Origin: Candidatus Bipolaricaulia bacterium
Lineage (GTDB): Bacteria; Bipolaricaulota; Bipolaricaulia; RBG-16-55-9; DRXL01
DNA: 43,148 nt
Direction: 5' to 3'
Assembly (NCBI GenBank): GCA_046293845.1
Contig: JBKBIX010000002.1
Coordinates: forward strand, 1-43,148
The notes below the pieces were generated by a model. The model saw only the letters and a list, made by a program, of their open reading frames with translations. It was not told where the DNA came from and made no database searches. Position 1 is the stretch's first letter; the number at the start of each line of letters is the position of its first letter. The position numbers and the translations under genes were made by a program. Shown here piece after piece: positions 26,481 to 34,973 of the stretch.

Positions 26481-27311
26481 CTATGGTTTCGTGAGCTGGA
26501 TTTGAAAGAGTTTCGGCCAATACTTCCCGGTCACGAAGAGCCGGTCGCCCTGAGCGTCGTAGGCGATCCCGTTGAGCACGTCAACTTTGGAAGAGCGGTC
26601 TTCGGGCTTGAGCAGCCCTGTGAGATCGATCCAGCCCACGACGCGTCCCGTCTTCGGCTGAATAATAGCAATGCGATCCGTTTGCCAGACGTTGGCATAG
26701 ATCAGCCCATTGATGTATTCAAGCTCGTTGAGACGCACCACTGGGCCGGTATCGTCGCGCACTTCAATACGCCCGATCTCTTGCAGGGTCTCTGGGTCCC
26801 AGATAAAGAGCGTTGCTGAGCCGTCGCTCATAATTAAGCGACTGCCGTCGTGAGTGATCCCCCAGCCCTCCGTCGGATAAGAGAACTCTCTCAAGAGCGT
26901 GAACGTCTCGCGGTCGTAGACGAAGCCCTTGCGATGCTGCCAGGTCAATTGGATTATTCTGTCCTTCCAGACGACGATCCCCTCGCCGAAGATCTCATCA
27001 GGCAGTCGGTGGATCTGCAAGACCCTGCCCGTCTCTAAATCGACCTTGCGCAATGAAGACTCCCCCCACATCCCCGTCCCTTCATACAAAATCCTGTCTT
27101 TATAGTAGACGAGCCCTTGGGTGAATGCGCCGGGGTCATGGGGAAAGGTCTTTAGAAGTTTATAGCTATAGACGGGAATATCTTCCGAAACTTTTACAAT
27201 GCTGACGGCGCCCTCGTGGGTCTTGGGAGAGTACGTATAGAAAAGCAGCGCCCCAGCGAGCGCGAGCAAGATGACGCCTACAAGGACAAAGAGTCGGTTC
27301 ATGCGCATCAT
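26481..27311 (-). CDS. Glutaminyl-peptide cyclotransferase (bacterial/plant beta-propeller type)
   Basis: FTQGLVYYKDRILYEGTGMWGESSLRKVDLETG is typical of glutamine cyclotransferases. There is an N-terminal membrane anchor/signal. Confidence 0.85.
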   Translation of the reverse strand: MMRMNRLFVLVGVILLALAGALLFYTYSPKTHEGAVSIVKVSEDIPVYSYKLLKTFPHDPGAFTQGLVYYKDRILYEGTGMWGESSLRKVDLETGRVLQIHRLPDEIFGEGIVVWKDRIIQLTWQHRKGFVYDRETFTLLREFSYPTEGWGITHDGSRLIMSDGSATLFIWDPETLQEIGRIEVRDDTGPVVRLNELEYINGLIYANVWQTDRIAIIQPKTGRVVGWIDLTGLLKPEDRSSKVDVLNGIAYDAQGDRLFVTGKYWPKLFQIQLTKP

Positions 27312-27314
27312 CTC

Positions 27315-27653
27315 CTAGAATCCCCGCCCCACCGTATCAACGTGTACGATGTTCTCACACACGGTGACCGAGCCCGTCGAGGCCACTTGATGGTCCAGAC
27401 GGCTGCCATCGGGCCGTGTCACGGTCACCTTGGCGACGCGCCCCCCTTTGGGAATATACGCGAGGCATCCCCCGCGCACCTCGCTCTTCCAGTCTGAAGG
27501 TGTCTCAAACTTGATCTCGATGAACGGCCGAACAACGAGCTCATTTGGGATTGTCGGTTGGCTCTGGGCTGTCTGCCACAGCAGCTGCACGCCGACGACT
27601 AAGACCACCAGGAAGACCACGGACACGAGGACGATAATAAGCTCGCGCTTCAT
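27315..27653 (-). CDS. Hypothetical membrane-anchored protein (112 aa)
   Basis: A GGGGGAG SD and an N-terminal TM (LIIVLVSVVFLVVLVVGV). No recognisable family. Confidence 0.55.
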   Translation of the reverse strand: MKRELIIVLVSVVFLVVLVVGVQLLWQTAQSQPTIPNELVVRPFIEIKFETPSDWKSEVRGGCLAYIPKGGRVAKVTVTRPDGSRLDHQVASTGSVTVCENIVHVDTVGRGF

Positions 27654-27694
27654 CTGTCATCTCCCCCCTTCTCTGTCATTCAGTTATCAAGATT

Positions 27695-28264
27695 TTACTC
27701 CAAAGTCTTCCAGCGGTAAAACCAGAGGCGGTTGTCCCCATAGGTGCGCTCATCGAAAGATTCCAAGAGATCGTACTCCGTCTGAATTGTCTCTTTTTTG
27801 AAGATCTCGGTCACGACGAGAGCTCCCGGCGAGAGTATAGAGTGCCTGGCAAGATGGGCTAGGGTCTTATGGGCGAGCCCTTTCCCATAGGGCGGCCCGA
27901 TGAAGACCAGATCGAACTCTTCCCCCTGACGACCAAAGAGCTCAATCGCTTGGAGTGCGTCTAACTGATAGACGCGCGCGTGCTTCTCGAGATCGAGATT
28001 TTTGATGTTCTCTCGAATAATCTGGCAGGCTTGCTCAGAGCTATCTACAAAGACACACGACTGGGCACCGCGGCTGAGGGCTTCTAAACCGATGCTGCCC
28101 GTGCCTGCGAAAAGATCGAGAAACCGCGCGTTGATAACAAAATCGCTGAGAACATCGAAGAGTGCGGCACGCACGGCCTCGCGCATCGGACGAAGAAAGC
28201 GCTTCATCTGCGGTGTCGGCTCGATCAGGGAGCGTCCGCCCAGACGACCACCTATGATGCGCAT
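27695..28264 (-). CDS. rsmD: 16S rRNA (guanine966-N2)-methyltransferase
   Basis: MRIIGG..GR.L....TRP N-terminus, DLFAGTGSIGLEALSRGA SAM-binding motif and a GPPY motif. Confidence 0.88.
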   Translation of the reverse strand: MRIIGGRLGGRSLIEPTPQMKRFLRPMREAVRAALFDVLSDFVINARFLDLFAGTGSIGLEALSRGAQSCVFVDSSEQACQIIRENIKNLDLEKHARVYQLDALQAIELFGRQGEEFDLVFIGPPYGKGLAHKTLAHLARHSILSPGALVVTEIFKKETIQTEYDLLESFDERTYGDNRLWFYRWKTLE

Positions 28265-28268
28265 CCCT

Positions 28269-29036
28269 TCAGCTTACCGAGCCAGCACGCGGGCGACAAC
28301 TCAGCGACTGTGCGAGAAACTCCCGCACTGTATGGCTAAATCTCTGGGGATGCTCGATGGGCGGCGCGTGCCCACACTCGTCGAAGAAGACCAACTGGGC
28401 TAATGGCAGATGCCGATGGAATTGGTGGGCTACGCTCGGGGGGGTGACTTCGTCTTGCGCGCCCCAGATGAGCAATGTCGGCACCTGCACTTTCGCGAGT
28501 TCATCGTCCATTCTGTAGTCTCGAGTCACTTTGGCAACACGGATGAGAAAACGCACGTAGCGGCGGTCTTGTAACTGCTGATAGATCTGCTCGATCAGCT
28601 CGTCGTTGATATGGCGTTTGTCGAAGAAGACTTTTGCGGCTTGCTCGCGAATAAAGTCTTTATTGGGCTTGGGCAGGGAGCCGTCGGAGAGGTGGCGCTC
28701 ATAGAGCCCGGCACTCCCCGCTAAGATCAGTTTGGTGACGCGACCGGGGTATTTGAGGCAGAAGTCGAGCGCGACTTGCCCCCCTAAAGAGTTCCCGCAG
28801 AGCGCGGTCTGGTTGACCCCCTTGAAGTCTAAAAACTCTCTGACGAACTCCGTCAAGGGCTGCAAGGACGTGATGGGGATGGAGCCGTCGAGGGGGAACT
28901 TGGGTGCCAGCACGTGAAAGTCGCGCGCCAGGATGGGGATGACCTCAGACCAATTGGATGGCCCGCCGAAGAGCCCGTGAAGGAGTGTAATGGTTGGTCC
29001 CTGGCCTGCCTCCAGATACTCAAAAGCCCCCTGCAT
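28269..29036 (-). CDS. Alpha/beta-fold hydrolase
   Basis: HGLFGG oxyanion region, GNSLGG nucleophile elbow and a C-terminal GH catalytic His region. AAGGAGG lies 10 nt upstream. Confidence 0.85.
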   Translation of the reverse strand: MQGAFEYLEAGQGPTITLLHGLFGGPSNWSEVIPILARDFHVLAPKFPLDGSIPITSLQPLTEFVREFLDFKGVNQTALCGNSLGGQVALDFCLKYPGRVTKLILAGSAGLYERHLSDGSLPKPNKDFIREQAAKVFFDKRHINDELIEQIYQQLQDRRYVRFLIRVAKVTRDYRMDDELAKVQVPTLLIWGAQDEVTPPSVAHQFHRHLPLAQLVFFDECGHAPPIEHPQRFSHTVREFLAQSLSCRPRAGSVS

Positions 29037-29091
29037 ACGAGAGTTGCCTCCTTGCCGATTTTTGTCTCTGTTCGGTTTTTGAGTATATAAG

Positions 29092-29120
29092 ATTGTAGCA
29101 ATCCGTCATGGGCTTGTCAA
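29092..29120 (-). promoter_or_regulatory. Promoter for the hydrolase-rsmD operon, TTGACA-17-TACAAT (minus strand)
   Basis: Reverse complement of 29115-29120 is TTGACA, and of 29092-29097 is TACAAT. Confidence 0.55.
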
Positions 29121-29140
29121 TAGAAGTCTTGGGAATGAAG

Positions 29141-29290
29141 GAGGAGAGGGCTTGACCCATACGGATTCGAACCGCTTCCTTAGCGGTCTGGGGAAAAATC
29201 CCGCGGGGGTGCGGGCAAAACCCTGGACCGCCGGCAGGCCCTTGCGAGCCCGCTCTCGGATGCACCATGCGCGGGCCAAGCCCTCTGCTC
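29141..29290 (-). ncRNA. Candidate structured RNA of unassigned class (about 150 nt)
   Basis: An 18-bp closing helix (29273-29290 with 29141-29158), a GCAA-capped 8-bp hairpin (29234-29253), two 5-bp hairpins (29200-29215, 29171-29187) and a T-loop-like GGUUCGAAUCC. Three G-U pairs exist only on the minus strand. Confidence 0.45.
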
Positions 29291-29455
29291 AAGGAGGTGA
29301 TGAGTGCATCTCTTCTTCAAGTCAACTCTAATAATACCAACGATTTTGGGACTTCTGACACTTCGGGGCAGGGAGAAAGCAAAAATGGCCTTCCCTTGAG
29401 CACAATTGGCCCTTTTCCCAACTTTTGCTCGATCTCTACGCTATAAATATCCATC

Positions 29456-29485
29456 TGTCCAAACCCCCCTCGCTTTGGGTATAAT
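29456..29485 (+). promoter_or_regulatory. Candidate promoter for the 29519 operon (perfect -10 TATAAT, weak -35)
   Basis: TATAAT at 29480-29485 and TGTCCA at 29456-29461. AAGGAGG at 29507-29513 precedes GTG 29519. Confidence 0.4.
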
Positions 29486-29518
29486 ACAAAACGAATTCAG
29501 ACTCCTAAGGAGGCAGCC

Positions 29519-30301
29519 GTGAAAAAGCTACCCGTTGTCATGCTGACTATAGTGCTGGTCTTCACGCTTTCTGGGGTCGCCCAAAAAGCTGTGGAGACCG
29601 GAAAGTTTCTCTATCAGACCATCAGTAAGACGACGAGCAAGACCGAAGTCGCCGGCGAAGAATCGTTCAAGATCGAGGAACTCGATCAAGGACGCCGCAA
29701 GATCACCTCGAACTTCGTCGCTAGGTCCCAAGAGATCATTTCGCAGTTTGAGACCGACAAGCTCTTCACCGAGACGATCAGTGTAGACAGAGACTGGAAG
29801 CTCTTAGAATACTCACTGCAGTCGGAGACAGCGCGAGGGCAGCTCAAAGTTACTGTGAAGGTCGAGAACCAGATCGCGCAGATTCAGTTTTATTTTAAGA
29901 GCGCTGACGGAAAAGAGCAAAACCAAGCCCGCGAAGTCATCTTAGAAGACGAATTCGTTACTACGGGGATCGCTGCCGGGCAATTGATGGTCATCCAGAA
30001 GATCATCACCCTGAGAATGAAAGAGCAAAAGAGGACATTTCTGGCGCTCGATCCGACCAATATCGAGAAACCCTTGATCGAATTGACGGTGGAGCGCCTC
30101 AGCCCCGTGAAGATCAAGAGCGGCACGAAGACGCTCGACGCGCAGCACGCGGGCATCAAGCGTGCCGACGGAGATGTGCAGCTTGAGCTGTTCTCCTCCG
30201 GGGAAGGGATTTTGTGGGGGTTTATGGGGGAGTCGGCGACGAGCCGCCTTGTGGGCTACCGTCAGGATCTCTTCCCCGACGGCTTCGAGGTGCTGAGATA
30301 A
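29519..30301 (+). CDS. Secreted hypothetical protein, first gene of the MacB-type ABC operon
   Basis: Signal peptide MKKLPVVMLTIVLVFTLSGVAQ with no lipobox Cys, then a beta-rich sequence. No family recognised. Confidence 0.7.
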   Translation: MKKLPVVMLTIVLVFTLSGVAQKAVETGKFLYQTISKTTSKTEVAGEESFKIEELDQGRRKITSNFVARSQEIISQFETDKLFTETISVDRDWKLLEYSLQSETARGQLKVTVKVENQIAQIQFYFKSADGKEQNQAREVILEDEFVTTGIAAGQLMVIQKIITLRMKEQKRTFLALDPTNIEKPLIELTVERLSPVKIKSGTKTLDAQHAGIKRADGDVQLELFSSGEGILWGFMGESATSRLVGYRQDLFPDGFEVLR

Positions 30302-30304
30302 CTT

Positions 30305-30991
30305 ATGGGGGCCATCGTCTCCGCGCAAAACGTCAGCAAGATATATCCGATGGGCAAAGTGCACGTCATTGCGCTCGACGGCGTAAGCTTCTCTATTGAC
30401 GAGGGGGAGTTTGTCGCGATCATGGGGCCGTCGGGGTCGGGCAAGAGCACTTTAATGAATCTCATTGGGTGTTTAGATAAACCGACATCGGGGACGATCT
30501 CGATTGACGGCACCGATATTGCACGCCTGAACGACCGACAGTTGGCGCGGCTGCGCGGCTCGCAGATCGGCTTCGTCTTCCAGACGTTCAATCTCATCCC
30601 GCGCATTGACGCGCTCGCCAACGTCATGCTCCCCATGACGTTCGTGGGCAAGCTCTCGCCGAAAGAGCGCCGAGTGCGTGCGCAGCAACTCCTTGAGAGG
30701 GTGGGCTTGGGAGAGAGAATGCACCATCTGCCCAGCGAGCTGTCAGGGGGCGAGCGCCAGCGGGTCGCCATCGCCCGCGCTCTCGCCAACGACCCTAAAA
30801 TCATCTTAGCCGACGAGCCCACGGGAAATCTCGATACCAAGACGGGGAAGACGATCTTAGATCTCTTCGTTGAACTCAACACAGATGGGCGAACGATCGT
30901 GGTCGTCACGCACGACGCCACGGTCGCGTCGCACGCGCGTCGTATTGTGAAGCTCTTAGACGGCAAGATCATCGGGGATGAGAAATTATGA
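30305..30991 (+). CDS. ABC transporter ATP-binding protein (MacB/LolD-like)
   Basis: GPSGSGKSTLMN Walker A, LSGGERQRVAIARAL signature and ILADEPTGNLD Walker B. Confidence 0.93.
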   Translation: MGAIVSAQNVSKIYPMGKVHVIALDGVSFSIDEGEFVAIMGPSGSGKSTLMNLIGCLDKPTSGTISIDGTDIARLNDRQLARLRGSQIGFVFQTFNLIPRIDALANVMLPMTFVGKLSPKERRVRAQQLLERVGLGERMHHLPSELSGGERQRVAIARALANDPKIILADEPTGNLDTKTGKTILDLFVELNTDGRTIVVVTHDATVASHARRIVKLLDGKIIGDEKL

Positions 30992-32310
30992 GCTTGCGCG
31001 AGGCCCTGAAGCTGAGCTGGACCAATATTCGTGCGCACAAGCTGCGCAACGCCCTGGCGATTGTCAGCGTGACCATCGGGATTGCAGCAGTCATAGCTAT
31101 AGTGACCATGACTACGGGGCTCCAAGACGCGCTGCTGGACACGCTCACCAAAGACCTGTTGCGGGCGAATATGATCACGGTGAACATCGAGGGAAGTTCT
31201 GGGCTCTTTGGCACAGCCCAAGTCTTCTCCAGCCGTGATATAGAAGAGCTGCGCAAGATTCCGGGGGTGAAGACCGCGGACGTCATCGGGCGCGTGCGCG
31301 GCGATGCCCTCTATTTTAATAATCGTCGTCTGCTCGATGCGACGACCCGCATCACCACGAGCAAAGAGCTGATCCCTCTGGATGCTGGACGTGGCGTCCA
31401 AGCCAAGGGCGAGATCGCCATCGGCGCGCGCATCGCCGAGATCATCTGTAGACGAATGCTTGCTGAGGAGCGCCAGATCTCAGAGAACGACGAAGCCTTA
31501 AAAGAGGAGTGCAAGAGCCCGGGGACAAAACCCGAGCTGGCGCAACGCATCTTGGGGCAGACCCTGAAGCTGCGCTTTCTCGGCGCTGACGGCCAGCTCG
31601 CCGAAGATCAATTACACATCGTGGGGATCGTCAAAGATTCTCAGTTTATCAGCGGGACGGCGTGCTACGTCAGCCCCGATTATCAGGGTTTTACGGAGAC
31701 GATAGACGGCGTTGAGCTGCCCGTCTACGCTGGGGTTATTCTCAGTGTTGCTGATCTCAATCAGCTCGGCACCGTGAAGAAGGCCGTCGAGGAGTATTTT
31801 CGTAATTCTTCCGACGCGCGCAAGCTCCTTGGGGAAGAGAAGAAAATCGAGATCAACACGCTCGAAGAGATCATTACCGAGATCAAGAAGAATTTCTTGC
31901 AATTTACGGCATTTCTTGGGGCCATCGCGCTTGTTGCGCTTCTAGTGGGTATGATCGGCGTGATGAACATTATGCTTATTACCGTCAAAGAGCGCACGCG
32001 CGAGATCGGGGTGATGAAAGCGACGGGGGCGACGCGCGGCGCGGTGCTCAAGCTTTTTCTCACTGAGTCTACGATTATTTGTCTGTTGGGGGCTGCACTT
32101 GGAGTCGTCTTTGGGATGTTTCTCTCGGTGTGGTTTATCAAGCTCACCGTAGCGTTGGCGCAGGGGCTGCGGGAGATCCCGTTCGTCTTCGTGCCTGATT
32201 GGTACGTGATCGCGGTGCTCACGGGGATAGCCGTGGGGGTCTTGAGCGGGCTGTACCCTGCCTGGCAAGCTGCGCGGGTCAACCCCATCGAAGCGCTCAG
32301 ATACGAGTGA
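30988..32310 (+). CDS. ABC transporter permease, FtsX/MacB-like
   Basis: An N-terminal TM, a large periplasmic domain and a C-terminal FtsX-type 3-TM bundle (ERTREIGVMKATGAT). Confidence 0.9.
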   Translation: MSLREALKLSWTNIRAHKLRNALAIVSVTIGIAAVIAIVTMTTGLQDALLDTLTKDLLRANMITVNIEGSSGLFGTAQVFSSRDIEELRKIPGVKTADVIGRVRGDALYFNNRRLLDATTRITTSKELIPLDAGRGVQAKGEIAIGARIAEIICRRMLAEERQISENDEALKEECKSPGTKPELAQRILGQTLKLRFLGADGQLAEDQLHIVGIVKDSQFISGTACYVSPDYQGFTETIDGVELPVYAGVILSVADLNQLGTVKKAVEEYFRNSSDARKLLGEEKKIEINTLEEIITEIKKNFLQFTAFLGAIALVALLVGMIGVMNIMLITVKERTREIGVMKATGATRGAVLKLFLTESTIICLLGAALGVVFGMFLSVWFIKLTVALAQGLREIPFVFVPDWYVIAVLTGIAVGVLSGLYPAWQAARVNPIEALRYE

Positions 32311-32335
32311 CTATCACGCTCTCCGGTCAAGTGGG

Positions 32336-32365
32336 TTGACGAAGACGACCCCAGAGAATTATAAT
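32336..32365 (+). promoter_or_regulatory. Promoter TTGACG-18-TATAAT driving tRNA-Pro (and probably dnaX)
   Basis: -35 at 32336-32341 and a perfect -10 at 32360-32365, 11 nt before the tRNA 5' end. Confidence 0.65.
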
Positions 32366-32376
32366 AATGTAACTTT

Positions 32377-32451
32377 CGGAGAGTAGCGCAGCGGCAGCGC
32401 GCACGGTTTGGGACCGTGAGGTCGCCGGTTCAAATCCGGCCTCTCCGACCA
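32377..32451 (+). tRNA. tRNA-Pro (anticodon UGG), CCA encoded
   Basis: Cloverleaf folded by hand: acceptor CGGAGAG/CTCTCCG, D arm GCGC-AGCGGCA-GCGC, anticodon arm CACGG-TTTGGGA-CCGTG (TGG at 32409-32411), T arm GCCGG-TTCAAAT-CCGGC, then A-CCA. Confidence 0.95.
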
Positions 32452-32461
32452 TTCTGCTATT

Positions 32462-33946
32462 ATGACTGAGGCCCACGGATACCAATCGCTCTATCGCAAG
32501 TGGCGCCCGCAACGCTTTGCTGACGTCGTCCACCAAGAGTACACGGTGCGCACGCTTCAGAACGCGATTCTCTCCCATCAGATCGCCCATGCGTATCTGT
32601 TAGCGGGTCCGCGCGGCGTGGGCAAGACGTCTATTGCGCGCATCTTCGCGAAAGCGATCAACTGCACCAATCCCCAGCAGGGCGAGCCGTGTAATCAGTG
32701 CGATATGTGCAAAAAGATCACGCGGGGCAATGCCCTCGACGTCATCGAGATCGACGGGGCCAGCAATCGCGGCATCGATCAGATAAGACAATTGCGAGAA
32801 GAAGTCAATTTCGTCCCAGCTGAAGCGAAATATAAAGTCTATATTATTGACGAAGTGCACATGCTGACGAACGAGGCGTTCAATGCGCTCTTAAAGACTT
32901 TGGAGGAGCCGCCCAGGCACGCCGTCTTTCTCTTTGCGACCACTGAGCCGCATAAAGTTCCGTTGACGATACTGAGTCGGTGTCAGGCGTTTGAGCTGAA
33001 GCTCTTGCCCCCAGAACGCATTGAGAGGCGCCTTGAAGAGATCTGTAAAGCCGAGAAGATCAACGCTAGTCCGAAGGTGCTGACAGCGATCTCGTATCGC
33101 GCGCGTGGGGCGCTGCGCGACGCGATTGTGATGCTGGAGCAGCTTGCTTCGTATAAAGGGGCCGCGCGCATCGAAGAGCACGATCTCTATGAGATCATGG
33201 GGTTGGCAAGCGAAGAGACCGTGACTGAGTTCTTGAAAGCCCTGCTGACGCACCAGAGCCGCAAAGCCCTAGAGGTCATTGCTGATCTCGCAGATCGAGG
33301 CAAAGACTTGGAACTCTTTGTCGATGAGCTGATCGAGCAGACGCGCGACTGGATTATCGCTGCGATTGATGGGCAATCTCTGCCTGTAGCAGTAAACTTG
33401 GAGACGCTCATTGGGCTCAGTACACAGTTATTGGGGCTTAAGCGCGAGCTGGGTCGCGCCTGGGAGAAGCGCATCTTGCTCGAAGTCAAAGCCCTGGAGC
33501 TCACCCACGCCATCCCGCATCCATCGCAAGAGATAGCCCGTCTAGCTAATCCATCAAAAGAGATAACACCGTCTCATACCCATAGTGAGCCTGGGACTTC
33601 GCCCAAGCCTGCACAAAAGATCGACAAGTGGACACAAGTGTTAGAGGAGGTCAAGCGCGACCGGCGTGGCACGGTCCACGCCCTTCTGCTCGACGGCCAG
33701 CCTGTTGAACTCCCCGATACGCTGCGCATCGAATATGACGCGCACTTGACGTTTCACAAGGAGCGTTTGGAGAAGCATCGTAAATATCTTGAAGAAGTGA
33801 TCGCGCGGGTGTACGGGCCGCGTCGGGTGGAGATCGCGTTCGCGCAAGCCAGTGAGTCACCATCGCGGCGCAAGAGCAAGAGCGCGGAAATCCGCGAAAA
33901 AGCCGAGCTGTTGAAGAAAGCGTTCGATGGCGAAATCGTAGAATAG
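32462..33946 (+). CDS. dnaX: DNA polymerase III subunit gamma/tau
   Basis: YRKWRPQRF, GPRGVGKTS Walker A, the CNQCDMC zinc module and IIDEVHMLT. The ATG lies 10 nt after the tRNA 3' end and no SD is visible. Confidence 0.93.
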   Translation: MTEAHGYQSLYRKWRPQRFADVVHQEYTVRTLQNAILSHQIAHAYLLAGPRGVGKTSIARIFAKAINCTNPQQGEPCNQCDMCKKITRGNALDVIEIDGASNRGIDQIRQLREEVNFVPAEAKYKVYIIDEVHMLTNEAFNALLKTLEEPPRHAVFLFATTEPHKVPLTILSRCQAFELKLLPPERIERRLEEICKAEKINASPKVLTAISYRARGALRDAIVMLEQLASYKGAARIEEHDLYEIMGLASEETVTEFLKALLTHQSRKALEVIADLADRGKDLELFVDELIEQTRDWIIAAIDGQSLPVAVNLETLIGLSTQLLGLKRELGRAWEKRILLEVKALELTHAIPHPSQEIARLANPSKEITPSHTHSEPGTSPKPAQKIDKWTQVLEEVKRDRRGTVHALLLDGQPVELPDTLRIEYDAHLTFHKERLEKHRKYLEEVIARVYGPRRVEIAFAQASESPSRRKSKSAEIREKAELLKKAFDGEIVE

Positions 33947-33972
33947 AGCTGATGGCTCTCAAAGGAGGCGCT

Positions 33973-34305
33973 ATGCAATTCCCTGGCGGGATGAAAGAGG
34001 CGATGAAGCAGGTCAAGAAGATGCAGGAGCTGATGGAACAGAAGCAGCAGGAGCTTGCGAACTTACGGGTCGAGGCGTCCTCAGGCGGTGGCATGGTGAA
34101 AGTCATCGCCAACGGCAGAGAAGAGATCGTAGATATAGAGATTTCCAAAGAAGTCGTTGATCCCAACGACGTAGAGATGCTCGAAGACCTGATCTTAGCG
34201 GCGATCAAAGAGGCGCAAGTGAAATCCAAGGAGCTGGCGCAGCGCGAGATGGCAAGCATTATGGGGCAGCTGGGGTTGCCCAATATTCCAGGGTTAGGTT
34301 TTTAA
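33973..34305 (+). CDS. ybaB: Nucleoid-associated protein YbaB/EbfC
   Basis: MKQVKKMQELMEQKQ...GGGMVKV motif. ATG 33973 lies after AAAGGAGG. The track start at 33952 lacks an SD. Confidence 0.88.
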   Translation: MQFPGGMKEAMKQVKKMQELMEQKQQELANLRVEASSGGGMVKVIANGREEIVDIEISKEVVDPNDVEMLEDLILAAIKEAQVKSKELAQREMASIMGQLGLPNIPGLGF

Positions 34306-34913
34306 TGATGGACAAGTACCCTGAACCGTTAGAGAATCTCATCAAAGAATTTCAGAAGCTGCCGAGCATCGGGCGCAAGACCGCCGAGCGGTTAGCGTTT
34401 TATCTGCTCTCTCAGCCCCCCGAAGAATTAGAGTCACTCAGTCAAGCCGTCGCGCACGTCAAGGAGAAGATCCGCACGTGCAGAGAATGCTTCAACTTCA
34501 CGGAGATCGAGAACGAGCTGTGCGAGATCTGTCGGGATTCCAAGCGAGATACGTCGGTCATCTGTGTCGTCAGCCACCCGCAGGAGCTGTTGAAACTAGA
34601 GAAGACTCGCGAGTATCGCGGTTTATATCACGTTCTTGGGGGGTTGCTGTCGCCTGTCAACGGCATCGGCCCGGAGCAGCTCCATATCGAAGAGCTTCTG
34701 ATGCGTCTCAGCAAAGGGAACGTCCAAGAAGTGATCCTCGCGCTCGATCCAAAAGTCGAAGGTGAAGCGACCGCGATGTATCTTGCGCGGAAGATCAAGC
34801 CGTTGGGGATCAAGATTACTCAGATTGCGCATGGGGTTCCTGTAGGGCGCGACTTAGAGTTTGCCGACGAAGTGACGCTGTCGCGGGCGCTGGCGGGGCG
34901 AGTACAACTGTAG
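34305..34913 (+). CDS. recR: Recombination protein RecR
   Basis: LPSIGRKTAERLAF HhH motif, a CxxC zinc finger (CRECFNF...CEIC) and a Toprim segment. Confidence 0.93.
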   Translation: MMDKYPEPLENLIKEFQKLPSIGRKTAERLAFYLLSQPPEELESLSQAVAHVKEKIRTCRECFNFTEIENELCEICRDSKRDTSVICVVSHPQELLKLEKTREYRGLYHVLGGLLSPVNGIGPEQLHIEELLMRLSKGNVQEVILALDPKVEGEATAMYLARKIKPLGIKITQIAHGVPVGRDLEFADEVTLSRALAGRVQL

Positions 34914-34973
34914 CGGGAGAGCCGTTCTTAGGATACAATATGACGTTCCCGTTGTTCTTGGAGAGCCAGCTTG

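Noticed and set aside
29141-29290. The structured RNA interpreted as a tRNA, tmRNA, SRP RNA, 6S RNA or a riboswitch for the hydrolase operon.
   Set aside because: - tRNA or tmRNA: there is no 7-bp acceptor with CCA and no cloverleaf, and tmRNA would also need the conserved 5' end and a tag ORF.
- SRP RNA: AAGGAAGCGG only loosely resembles the SRP helix-8 GGAAGCAGCC, and there is no GNRA-closed helix 8.
- 6S RNA: the multi-branched fold does not fit.
- Riboswitch: a good promoter lies between it and the downstream gene, which argues against a leader.

I kept it as an unassigned ncRNA candidate.
29037-29518. The divergent strand-switch spacer 4 kb from dnaA, considered as a possible oriC.
   Set aside because: Gene orientation diverges here as it would at an origin. 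However, I found only isolated weak matches to TTATCCACA-type boxes (for example ATATCCATC and TTTTCCCAA), no box cluster and no clear AT-rich unwinding element. The space is better explained by two promoters plus the structured RNA candidate. A GC-skew analysis on the whole replicon would be needed.
30262-31401. A long antisense ORF (379 aa) opposite the ABC ATPase and permease genes. Similar antisense or out-of-frame ORFs occur at 10250-10891, 10991-11599, 12518-13111, 13014-13541, 21999-22634, 23551-24099, 31761-32330 and 33651-34283.
   Set aside because: Each lies fully within, or mirrors, a gene with unmistakable family motifs on the other strand or frame. Their products are Arg/Ser/Pro/Ala-rich low-complexity sequence, as expected from stop-poor frames in GC-rich DNA. 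None has an SD or promoter signal.
32710-32716. CAAAAAG in dnaX, considered as a programmed -1 frameshift site like the E. coli A-AAA-AAG tau/gamma signal.
   Set aside because: The first base is C rather than A. It lies at about codon 84, upstream of most of the AAA+ module, so slippage would give a non-functional fragment. No downstream stem-loop is apparent.
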